Source: Eledone cirrhosa
Lineage: Eukaryota
Direction of reading: 5' to 3'
NCBI GenBank assembly: GCA_964016885.1
Contig: OZ024742.1
Location: forward strand, 193,130,001-193,194,000
Length of the DNA: 64,000 nt
Positions 52,795 to 64,000 of the stretch are shown here, in pieces (the first letter of the stretch is position 1; each line of letters begins with the position of its first letter). The position numbers and the translations under genes were made by a program. The notes beneath the pieces are model-generated. The model ran no database searches. It had not been told where the DNA came from and worked only from the letters and a program-made list of their open reading frames with translations.

Positions 52795-53519
52795 GGCACT
52801 TTGTTGGGATCATATGAAGTTGTAATGTTTGAGTAGATAACGGCTAGATTATGGCTATTTTCTTTTTTTCTGTTTTTACTCCTATTTTTACTTTCCTTTG
52901 GGCATCTCCAAAATCTCTCTCTGCGATTGGGATGATATATATAACGATCTGCATGAGCCAGCCCCATGAGGTGAACTCTCTTTCTGCGCATCTCCCCCTG
53001 CTAGCTCCCCTGGAAAGCATGTATTATTCTGTCCCTTGCTATCATGTGTTGCAAAAGACTTACGAGTTTACCGTCATATCTTGAAGTTTTCAAATATTCC
53101 AATATTCCAATTGATATGTTCTTATGATAAATACAACTAAAAAAAAAAGAAATTAGACTAAAACATTCTAGCACAGTTAATACATTGATGATGTATCTTT
53201 TAGTTAAGTTAGGTAATTCCTGTAGTAATTTGATAATCTAATCTATCCTCGCAAATAAAAAGAACCAAGGACGCCCCTAGGAGCATTGGATTTGGTGTAC
53301 TTCATATTTGTTTCGGTTGGTGAATACAATCAGGGGTCGCTACTTCTCCTGAAGGTCAATAGTTCTCTTCTAACTGGAGCGGAAGCGCCTTTCCATTGTC
53401 AATTTGCATTGATCATCTGCAAAGCCGCATTGTTCTCTGAACCACTACATCAGTCATTTGATGCGTGCAGCTGGAACTACTGCCACCGATTGATTTGGCA
53501 GGATTTTGTTTTTCTTCTT

Positions 53520-53690
53520 TAGATGGCCGTTGACTCTTATGAGTTCTTCAACACTTTGTCAGGTTTTGATTTTTGGCCTGCATGGTGTCCAATATCACCC
53601 TCCTAACCAAGTAAACTTGGTGGGGTTGCCGGTTTAGTCAACGACGACCCGACAATGTGACAGGTTGTACTGGGTTACACGATATCGAAA
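53520..53690 (-). repeat. Dispersed repeat, putative LINE 5' leader (copy 1 of 3)
   Basis: gatggccgttgactc...caccctcct.accaag...gtttagtc...acaggttgtactggg recurs at 56635 and 58858. Confidence 0.75.
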
Positions 53691-55009
53691 CTAATATATT
53701 TCTAAGGTATCGAATTAATATATTAAAACAACAACGTAGAATTTCCATTAGTGTCTAAAATATCATCTATACTAGAAACGACCATTCTGATAAAGAAAAA
53801 AACACTGTATGATAAAAATAAACGTTTAATATAGAACTACAGTGTCAGATAAAATATTTTATTCTCTGTTTTGTCCCTTTACATTCTGAGCTCAAGTCAC
53901 GGATAATTCTCCACTCAAACTTTCACCCTCCTCAGTCCATGTCATTGGCTTAATCTTAAATATGGTATCTAATGATGGTCACAGAGTGATGAGATTAAAC
54001 CGTAAATGTATGAAGTAAAATATCTCAGTTACTTTTTATCATGATAAATAAACTTTATAGTGGTAAATACAGTTTTAAGAAAGAATATGATTTTTCTGGA
54101 AACGATAGTGTTCCCAGGTGTGTGTTTTACACTAAATCGATTTCGATCTGTATGTTCTACCGATCACTGCCAGTAATAGAATGGATATGATGTAGTCGAC
54201 TATATAGGAATCGTTGCTGATAATTAACAATATTCGACGTTGAAATAAACTAATGGTTTTAGAAGAGTATAATCCATTGTATCGAACTAAATGGAATAAT
54301 GGTTATATTTAATTAATCAAACAAATACCAAAGACATTGAAATGATAACCGTCTCGTATTTTCGGCATATCTTGGATTACATTGTCTTTTAAAGTTCACC
54401 ACTTTTGTTAAGGTGCTAAGATGTAGTTTGGCAGGTAATTCCAGCTGGTCATTTTGGATATCTGTAATTTAGCCAGGACCGAGCATGTCTTTAATCAAAG
54501 TTGAATCTGCCATATCTAATCCGTATTTTAAACAAGTTTCTATATCTAGCACTACAAAATCAAACAATGAATATTTCCGTCTTTAAGACCGTAGGATATG
54601 ATATGAGAGAGATTTGGCTGTTATTTATCATTATCAGAAATTCTGTTAGAGAGTGAATGTTAAAATCTGCTCCCATAAGCTTGTAACATAAAACATATGT
54701 AACAAAAACATAATCCTGCATGATTTTATCAGGGACATGACTAGGTCTGAACATCCCTTCATGCAAAGTAATTCAGACGCCAAGCGTTCAATCACATACT
54801 TCTATTAACAGGTTTAGAACTGGTCACCTAACGAGATAACATAAATCTGTAAACTCCTATCGATAAATTAGGAAAATTTATTTTTTCTTTTCTCAAAAAA
54901 AAAAAAAAAGAAACAAAACGTGCGGTTTCACAGAATCACGAAGCACAATGTGTGGAATGAATCCCCGCTCTTGTGACGGTGTTTATTCCAGTTGTTCTAG
55001 CACCGGTAC

Positions 55010-55265
55010 ACGGTACAGCTTGCTTAAGAAATGATCATGTAAATGGTTAAACACTTTGTAGTCACGTGTACCCTTAACGTACTTCTCAGAAAAACTCACC
55101 ATGATATGCTCTATGATAAAGCTGACCTTTTGAATTACAGTCGCAACTCATCTGACGGACTTCCAATCAGTTTACGTCTACCGGATTTGACTTAAAAGGC
55201 ATGTGTCAAGACGACGATACTACGCAGTGGAATCGAACACGGAATCTAACCATTGCGAACCGAAC
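55010..55265. mobile_element. Degenerate SINE fragments
   Basis: cacgtgtacccttaacgt...tgaattacag core recalled from cephalopod SINEs; B-box-like gtggaatcgaac on the opposite strand. Confidence 0.45.
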
Positions 55266-56634
55266 TGTTTTATCATTTGGTCTGAAACACATAAATTCGT
55301 ACCGAAGTATCCATATCGAAAATTATACCATCGATTTAAGTAAACATTTACAAAGTATTATAATTGTTTACTTTGCCAAGTATTATTATAAGTTTAAACA
55401 TTTTCCTAATTAATATGTTTGCTAATTATTTTTTGAACTATTTTTACATTCTATTCTTTGTAGTATGTTTCATTAATTTTCCCGTCCGAAAGAACATGTA
55501 CACTCCAGACAACTCGAGACGAATAAATATAATTAGTAAGATCATGATCGTTACACAAATTTACCATCTGCATCTTTCGCCCATGCAAAACGCATACCCC
55601 AGTAAGGCAAGACCACGACCGCACCCCTTAACAAATCTCTAGCAAAGGATATAACCATTATAAATGCTAGGGAACTGTCCCTGCTCCAGCTTATATTACA
55701 TCTTCTGAGTTGGGGAAACTACGAAAGTAGCGGTATTACATTTGTGCAGTCTTGCGGGACGCCTCAACAACCACAGTGGTATATATGCTCCAATAAGTCA
55801 GTCCTGGTTTGTGCCAGACAAACAACATAGCGTGGCATATATACACTTATAGAATGACAGACGAAACTATGGTAAAAAATACACCTGTACATTATTTAAT
55901 TATAGTGAAATTGCTTCTACAACACGTGTACCACTCTCTAAGTCTCAGTGATTCTTATCTGATGACAGGCTAAAGCATAATGGCGAATAATCACCTAAAC
56001 CGCATGACTCTCTTCAGTATTGCCCGCTGTTATAAGAATGCCTTAATAACAGCTCAGTTTCCTTCACTCCCAATTGTCTTCCTGCACGTGCTGACACCAA
56101 GCAGTAAGATTTCTGAGTTTACAAATGGGTTGACATAACTATGTTGTCTCATCTACCCCGAGTTTTAAAATAACAGTAACCCTTCACATCCATCCATCCA
56201 TACATACATACATAATGGTGGCTGCCAACTCGTTTTCGAGAACGGCCACTACTTTATATCCATGTAGGAGGACCCCTACCGATGCGCTGAACGAGTGTGA
56301 CTTTTCAGTCCGGCCAGCGACTTGAAAACTTTGGTACAAACATTACACATGTGACAATTATTGACACATAGTGCTGGGCCCATGGTACCATGTGACGACA
56401 AGTGCAGAGAGATCTCCAGATATAAAGCAATGCCTGTGCCGTGAAGTTTTTATAGTGAGCAAAGGCAGTGCACAAAGCCAGTCCCACTCTCTTAACCAAG
56501 ATGATATTTACCAAAAAGAAGAACAAGTCAACATCATTGGATATCATCAGGGTTGCAGGTGTGATATCAGAGTTTTCCTTCTCCTAGAATTCTGCCTTGA
56601 CAAAGGCTAAGGGGTCATCTCTCCCGGTGATTTT

Positions 56635-56825
56635 GGATGGCCATTGACTCTTAAGAGCTCCTTTGCCCTTTGACAGGTTTTGTTTTTAGTCCTGCAGGAT
56701 GTCCAAAGTCACCCTCCTCACCAAGAAACCTTGGTGGGGTTGCCAGTTTAGTCGCCAACGACCCGTCCATGGGACAGGTTGTACTGGGATACATGTTACC
56801 AGTAGCACCAACTGGTGACCTGACA
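56635..56825 (-). repeat. Dispersed repeat, putative LINE 5' leader (copy 2), abutting (ATAC)n
   Basis: Matches the 53520 and 58858 copies; ends gacctgacat before the catacata array at 56830-56962. Confidence 0.8.
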
Positions 56826-56933
56826 TAGTAAATACATACATAATAAATACATACATACACACACGCACACACACACACACATACATACATACATACATAC
56901 ATACATACATACATACATACATACATACATACA

Positions 56934-56962
<29 letters not shown>

Positions 56963-56964
<2 letters not shown>

Positions 56965-57215
56965 GATATGGGACAGGGAGAAGAAAGCATGCACAGTAGT
57001 GGAAATTAGCTGCCCAGCAGATGCCAATATAATATCAAAGATTAGCGAAAAGGAGAATATTAATGCAGAACTAATGAGAAATCTGCAGATACTCCACCCT
57101 GATTAAACCTTCAGATTTATGCCTGTGATTATTGGGGCACTGGGGTATGTTAGTAACTGCCTCAATACAAATCTTGAGAAGCTAGGCTTCACAGGAACAG
57201 AAAGAAATATGAGAT
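56963..57215 (+). mobile_element. RLE endonuclease C-terminal fragment of a different family
   Basis: IWDREKKACTVVEISCPADAN...EKEN...*TFRFMPVIIGALGYV; compare DKEKRSCLIVDVACP...IPIVIGALG in the B elements. Confidence 0.8.
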
Positions 57216-57994
57216 TGGATTGCATCGCCATGTTAAATATACATGCATGTGTTTTAACGACTCTTACATGCATGTGTTTTAACGACTCTTACGTGACGGT
57301 CATCATTACTTGAACACCAATTGTATGTAAAGGAAACAGCTGAGACCTCTATGTGGTCCTTCGCTATGCTAGAAATATCTGTCAACGTACCCTCCAACTA
57401 CGCCGTGTGAATGTTTAAAATAGGACGTATTGTTTCGCAAAGAAGAAGAAGAAGAAGAAGAAGAAGAAGAAGAAGAACAACAACAACACCAACAACAACA
57501 ACAGCAGCAACCACAGCAACAACAACAACAATGAGATCAACAGCAACAACACCTAATTATAGAAACGCTACATTCTCAACGTCCACACACTACATTATAA
57601 AAAGGAAATAACATGTCGCGTAATGAATTCTTTCATATACAAATGCGATCGGACGGTCACACCAAGAATGCCTTGGATCATGGTGAACTAGTTTGATAAA
57701 ACAACTAGGTCAACTTCATACTGAGATATTGTCAGATAGGCGCCCAGAGTCATATAGAGTTTCCTTATCGGTTTAAATATTTTGAATGCGCTAAGTTGGT
57801 TGTTAGATAATTCTTGAACAGAACTCAATTCAATAAGGGATCAACGACATCAATTTCTAGAGGAAGAGTAGAGAACTGCTTCGTGAACTCCTGCATTGAT
57901 ATCAAACATTACTCTTTCTTTTTATTTGGAAGAGACTATTTTGCCGGTCCCGGGCTATTTTGCCGGGAGCAGTCAAACACAATGCTCTGCAACA

Positions 57995-58160
57995 TAGAGT
58001 TGCGGACCATTACGGCATGAGTTCCAATACCGCCGAGGTTAGCTTTGCCTTTCATTCTTACAGGGTCAATAAAATAAAGCACCGGTAATGCATTGGGGTC
58101 GATTTAATTGACTTTCCTCTGTTCTAAAATGGTTAGCCTTGTGCCTAAATCATTATTATG
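57995..58160 (+). mobile_element. Diverged SINE
   Basis: gagttccaataccgccgaggttagctttgcctttcat...ccttgtgcctaaa. Confidence 0.75.
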
Positions 58161-58857
58161 AAGGCAGGTAATGCTAAAAATAAAAACCTACAGATTTAAC
58201 ACACCATTTTATTTATTTTCACCACCAATTATTAAGACAATTTAAACCCTAACCCTAACCTAAACCCGACAATTACACTATATATATTTACCGGAGACCG
58301 CTAAACGAAGCTTTAAAAGGCTGTTTGTCTATGTTACCAGGACCGGCAAATTAACTTATTCGTTTTTAATTCATTAGTATCATGAGACAGCGATCAATTT
58401 AGTTCACCAGCATGAAGGAATGTAGTTGATTATATCAACATTATTACGTATTCCTAGTCCGGTCCTTATTTAATCGAATATCCAAGTTGCGGGACATAAA
58501 CAAACGGTACATATACATGATGGCTGCAAACTCTGCTAATAGTATTGCAATCAACTGTCAGATTACAGAAAATAGCGCACTTTTAGGCCACGGTCAGCCA
58601 CACGAACCTGTAACATAATCTGAACAAACAATGCCTGTGCTTTGAAGGTTTTTTAAATAGGGAAAAGACTTGTACTTGACCAATCAAACTCTCTGAGCAT
58701 CGAAAACACTACCTGAAAAGGAGAACTGCTCAAAATCAGCGGATGCTTCCGAAGCCGCAGGATTTTTTTCATTTTCAAAGTTTCCTTCTCTTAGAAAGGT
58801 GATGTGACAATAACTGGCGACCTTTCACTCCCAGGTTAAAAAAAAAAAATACTATTT

Positions 58858-59050
58858 GGATGGCCGTTGACTCTGTTGAGTTCCTCCAGCCTTTTCCAAG
58901 TCTTGTATTTCATCCCGCAGGGTGTCCAAATATCACCCTCCTCACCAAGGAAGCTTGGTTGCGTTGTCGGTTTAGTCGCCGACGACCTGATAATGAGACA
59001 GGTTGTACTGGGCTACATGTTACCAGTAGCACTAGACAGCGACCTGACAT
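58858..59050 (-). repeat. Dispersed repeat, putative LINE 5' leader (copy 3)
   Basis: Same family; ends gacctgacat followed by atacatacat. Confidence 0.8.
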
Positions 59051-60327
59051 ATACATACATGCATACTCACCCATTTATTTATGTGATGTGCTCCCGTCTA
59101 CCAAATTTCAATTACAGCTTAATCATTTGTTAATCTGAGGAAGGGCGGTAGATACAAAAGCTGAACTCGCTATCGTCTGTACGTTATTCGTGCCAACCCT
59201 CCTCTATGATCATCAATCTTAGGTGATGATCGAAATTATACGATATCGATTTCAAGCGACTGATATAGGGTTGCCCCGAAGGGTCTTTGGAGTAACGTTA
59301 CTCGATAGAGTGTGTAGCTTGGAGATCAGTGATTCACCCCAAGTATAGCTGCTACTACTCCGAATTGAGAGATCACAGCTCCGATATTACGGACATCTGG
59401 TTAAACTGTCTCCGGAAAGAATCGCTGTAGGAAACCCAGGGGTAGAACACGGTCAAGATGGTTGGATGCCATTCATGAGTTCGAGTGGTTTCTCTTAGGG
59501 ATATATCCGGACGAATTAGAGACAGGATTCGCTGAGAGGCATGCTTTAGGACCAATCCCAAGAAAACCTTTTCCAGAAATAAGTGACCGAAGAAGAAGAA
59601 GAAGAAGAAGGAGAAGGAGAAGAAGAAGAAGAAGAAGAAGAAAAAGAAGAAGAAGAAACACGATCCTAGTACTGGTAGGGTTTCATCTCAGGACAGAGCA
59701 CAGAGAGCAGATTCGAATACCATGAAGTATTTTATCCGACGCTCCTAAGACAAAAAAAAAGTTGTGTTTGTGGTCCAAAGAAACCGTATTAATTTAGCAA
59801 GAACTCAAGAAAAAGATCTAGGAGTCATTGGTCAAGCCGAGACTGTAGAAGAAAGTATTCGATGAAATGACCACATTGTGGGACAGAACACGAAACTACT
59901 TTTATTTCTTAATTTCTTTCACATAAAAACAAATAAACAAAATACATATTAGTAATATACAGAATTCATTTTTTAATTTATTATATCCCTATCTATTATA
60001 AAAGATATATTCTCACTGAAGAAAGTAATCAATAATTAAAAGTGTTTCTGACGACTAATTCCCAGAAGAGAAAGCGCGTGTGCGGTTAACGGAATAACAA
60101 ATTAAACAGTTTATTCTTGTGATCTAAGGCAAGAAAGAAGTTCGATGAAATTAACTGAAATGAAATGTTTGCAATAGAATATCAGTTAACTGTTGACTCA
60201 TGTATTGTATTAATCCTTTAACAAAGAAATATCTCGAAATAATCGGAATACTTTGGCGGTGGCAGCTGGTGTTGTTTCATGTAGTTTAGTTTTCATAACA
60301 TGAAACAATTTTTCAAATAATCTTCTC

Positions 60328-60330
<3 letters not shown>

Positions 60331-60369
<39 letters not shown>

Positions 60370-60394
60370 GTCTCTCTCTCCCTCTGTCTCTCTG

Positions 60395-60427
<33 letters not shown>

Positions 60428-60472
60428 CTCTCTCTCACTCTCTCTCCCTCTCTTTTTCTCTCTCTCACTCTC

Positions 60473-60527
<55 letters not shown>

Positions 60528-60840
60528 CTCTTTTTCTTTCTTTTTTTATCTCTCTTTCTTTCTCTCTCTCTCTCTCTCCATCTCTCCCTCTCTATCCTTC
60601 TCTCACCCTCTTCTCAATCTCTCTCCCTCTGTTGCTGGCCCTCATCCCTTTCCCACCATCCCCCCGTATCTCTCTCTCTTTCTATCTCTCTCCCTCTATG
60701 CCTCTTCTCGCTCTCTCTCTCTCTCTCACTCCGTCACTCTCCCTCTTCGCACTCTTTTATCTCTCCCTCTCTCTCCCCCTATTCCCCTTCTCTATCTCTC
60801 TCATATCTCTCCCTCTCTCCCTTCATCTCTCTCTCTCTCA

Positions 60841-60904
<64 letters not shown>

Positions 60905-61215
60905 TTCTGAGCTTCACTGTGTATTTGTTTCTCTCCCTCTCTCCTTTTCTATGTCCCATTGGATAACTTTCTGTTTCTCTTTCCCCTCTCTCATTCTCAG
61001 ACTTTCTCAGTCTCATTGTGTGTGTCTCTCTCTCAATCTCTCTCACTGTGTATATTTCTCTCTCTGTCGCACTGTGTATAGTTCTCTATCTCTCTGCCTC
61101 TCTGTAACTTTCTCTTTTCTTTCACTGTCTCACTCTCTCTGTCACTATGTCCATCTCACCCTCTCTCACTGTGTCTTACAGTATATATTTCCCTCTCTCA
61201 TTCTGTCTCACATTA
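60331..61215. repeat. About 0.9-kb (CT)n-rich polypyrimidine tract
   Basis: Directly visible; degenerates into ctcactgtgt subrepeats. Confidence 0.95.
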
Positions 61216-61224
61216 TATATAGGA

Positions 61225-61395
61225 GAGGGCGGTGAATTGGCAGTATTGACAGCATAGTTACGCCCCCTTACGATCTGAGTTCAAATCCTGCCGAGGTTAA
61301 CTTTGCCTTTCATCCTTTCGGGGTCGATAAAATAAAGAAAGTACCAGTAATGTACTGGGTAATTGCTGGCCTTGTGCCAAATGTAGAAACAATTA
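61225..61395 (+). mobile_element. SINE with internal head deletion
   Basis: gggcggtgaattggcag head, gagttcaaatcc, shared core and gtagaaacaatt end. Confidence 0.88.
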
Positions 61396-61961
61396 TATAT
61401 ATATATATCAAAATAACAGATTAAAGTTTAAGCAAAGATTCGCTGCTTTCACCCTTAAATATATATATGGGATAACAAGTTATCATTTTAGGTAATCCAG
61501 TTAGAGGTAGTGAGTACTCTATACTATGGATAGTTTTAACGTACGGCGTTGTTTGACTCAACAAGAGGTTTCCTTGGTTAGGTGGCGAGGTTAAGAGAAT
61601 TCCTATGCAGGTTATTCTTGGACTAATAGTAGTGAAAGAGTGAAGAATAATATGGTCGGCTGTACAAAAAGGGTTTATTTACAGTATTAACAAATGTTTC
61701 ATTGATCAGGCTGCTGATCATTCGGAATTGCCTCACTCGACCAGTGTGCGTCTCTGATCAAATCATCGGAATAGTGGAGGGTGTAACACATGACACTGGT
61801 ATTTATAGATACATCGGAGAATCAAGTGGATGAAAACAATAAAGATAGTAAACAATAATAAAAGTATAAAGAGGTAAAAATGAAAATGTTAAAGATGTGA
61901 AAAATAAGTACAAAATACGGTTACTGATAATAGTAGTAGTGGTGGTGGTATTTGAAGTTAT

Positions 61962-62151
61962 AATTGTTTCTACTTTTGGCACAAGGCCAGCAATTATCCC
62001 AGTTTATTACTGATGCTTTATTTTATCGATCCCGTAAGGATGAAAGGCAAAGTTAACCTCAGCGGGATTTGAACTCTGAACATAAAAGGCTGTAATCTTT
62101 GCTGCAATGCATGGTGTCTGACCCTCTACCGATACGGCCAATCCCCCGCCC
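61962..62151 (-). mobile_element. SINE with 16-bp target-site duplication
   Basis: tatttgaagttataat at 61949-61964 and 62161-62176, plus an extra partial copy at 62152-62162. Confidence 0.9.
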
Positions 62152-62699
62152 TTGAAGTTATATTTGAAGTTATAATGGTGAGTAAGTGGATGCATAACAT
62201 AGTGATGACAGTAATGATAACAATAACATGAAAAGAAATACGATATATGAGGGGCAATATGTAGTGCATTGATTTCATGAATTGGCGAAATAAAATTGTA
62301 AGAGGTACAACAAAATATCAGATGATTAAAATAAAAAAATAAAAAAGTAAGAGAGAAAGAGATAAAGAACAGGAGATAGAGAATAAATAATAAGGATTCG
62401 AGGATGAGACATAAAGGGTAGGACTAAGGATAGGGGAGAAGGAGATAGAGAGATAGAGAATAAAAAGTGAAAGGGACAGTGATTAAGGTCTAATAGATTG
62501 ATTGTTTTATGTTAATGGAGGTGATGCGGCTATAGAGAGAGAGTGAAAGAAAGGTTGGGAGATTCATGATGTTGATTTAATGACCAGTTGGTCAGTTGAC
62601 ATCTAATAACAGTGGAGTGGTGTGAAGTTATTACATTTAAATCCGTGTGGTTTTGACTGAATTCTGAGATTGCTGGATCGAATCATGTCGGTTGTGGTT

Positions 62700-62940
62700 T
62701 GAAGTTAGAGAATTTGGTTGCTTTGTACCTACATAAGGTTTTTCGCTCCATCTTGTTGTTAAGCAGCATTTTATCATATTTTAAAATATGGAGCAGATCC
62801 ATAGTGCATAGTCCGCAGTGGGACATTCCATTTTTGTAGGCACTCGATAACTTAGACCAGCTAATCTAATATTCCTGTTTGATGTCCTTAAGCTGCCAGA
62901 TCTTATTGATCAGCGTCGTTGTATTCTCAAGTCTACGGTT
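62700..62940 (-). mobile_element. Penelope-like GIY-YIG C-terminal remnant; its 3' repeat probably extends towards 61480
   Basis: TTTLINKIWQLKD...ISW...CGLCTMDLLHI; compare TTISGHIWDLQD...LTW...CNLCSEE at 48900-49040. Confidence 0.65.
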
Positions 62941-63077
62941 TTATATATATATAGATTTCAAAAATATTGATGTAATTCAATTCAAGAATTCAACGTGCAT
63001 TTTCCTCAAAGGAGCGACGGAGTATTTTTAGAATAAGGAAATACAAAGTTTAGATGATAAAGTCCTTCATTGATAAG

Positions 63078-63156
63078 ACCGTTATACATATTTCGAGGAC
63101 GACAAATGGTTACGCAATACAGTGTAGAATCCACTGCCATGCTCTCTTCAGACAGC
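63078..63156 (-). ncRNA. Second hammerhead in the inverted arm
   Basis: Reverse complement reads gctgt-CTGAAGA-gag...ctc-GAAA-tatgta-TA-acggt. Confidence 0.72.
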
Positions 63157-63309
63157 GTCTTACTTAATAAAGTTACAATCAAGGAGGTAATCCAACATTG
63201 AACTGATAAAGGGAACGGACAAACAGCGATGTTCGTTAATCGAATGCCCGTTCCCTTTGTCACTTCAATTTTGGATTACCGCCTTGATTGTAACTTTATT
63301 AAGTAAGAC

Positions 63310-63388
63310 GCTGTCTGAAGAGAGCATGGCAGTGGATTCTACACTGTAGTGTGTAACCATTTGTCGTCCTCGAAATACGTATAACGGC
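63310..63388 (+). ncRNA. Minimal type I hammerhead ribozyme (PLE-type)
   Basis: Stem I gctgt/acggc; CTGAAGA 63315-63321; stem II gag/ctc; GAAA 63372-63375; palindromic stem III tacgta; TA site with predicted cut after 63383. Confidence 0.8.
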
Positions 63389-63430
63389 CTTATAAATGAA
63401 GGACTATATCATCTAAACTTTGTATTTCCT

Positions 63431-63553
<123 letters not shown>

Positions 63554-63745
63554 AATATATATATATAGGGAGTGCGTGGCTCTGATGATCGCCAAACAGT
63601 GTGAAACACGCTGTTAGCTTCTCCCCCTTATTTCGCCGAAAAGAAGTAAGTGACATAGTCACTACTTTAAAACCGATAGCGTATGGTCCGCAAAATGTTT
63701 TAAATTAAACATACCGTATATTGCCAAATATACTATACATACATT

Positions 63746-63785
<40 letters not shown>

Positions 63786-63788
<3 letters not shown>

Positions 63789-63945
63789 AAAGCGGATGCG
63801 GTAAGATATAAGGTGGACCATAACGCACCAGAGTTCTCGATACTTAGGGTAGTAGAGTGGGAAAAAGTCAGGACCCCGACGGCTGAGCTCCTGATCTAGC
63901 TGTTGAAACGGCCGGAGCATAGCTGTCGGAGTCCTGACTCTTTTC
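63786..63945. repeat. PLE pseudo-LTR derivative with inverted junction
   Basis: Related to 50405-50540; aaaagtcaggaccccgacggct / agctgtcggagtcctgactctttt hairpin. Confidence 0.7.
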
Positions 63946-64000
63946 ATATATATATCACTGTGTATCTGTGTATCTCTATCACTCTCTGTTTCACTGGGTA

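Noticed and set aside
58244-58267. ccctaa telomere-like units
   Set aside because: Only two perfect units; too short to interpret.

Overview
Eukaryotic, repeat-dominated window, probably a coleoid cephalopod such as Octopus (inferred from the AT/CA/AG microsatellites and SINE/PLE content; not confirmed). Four short + strand exons (29106-29167, 39108-39159, 39972-40039, 45318-45448) splice in frame into the catalytic core of an M13/neprilysin-family zinc peptidase (VNAWY, IPAGII, HELMH); the gene continues beyond both window ends. Bases 1-29083, upstream of the first visible exon, are a retrotransposon nest built on one (TTA/TAA)n microsatellite: a minus-strand tandem train of R4/Dong-like RLE elements (one with an intact 1130-aa ORF) sits head-to-head with a plus-strand train of Tx1/L1-like APE elements, plus a Gypsy integrase fragment. 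The rest is intronic: three or four degenerate Penelope-like elements with inverted or tandem pseudo-LTRs, SINEs, MITE-like foldbacks and hammerhead ribozyme motifs. Best novelty candidates: (1) two unrelated endonuclease classes sharing one TTA target with opposite polarity; (2) a hammerhead whose three strands occur in a non-circularly-permuted order inside a 511-bp tandem repeat. All calls are by eye; no searches or folding programs were run.
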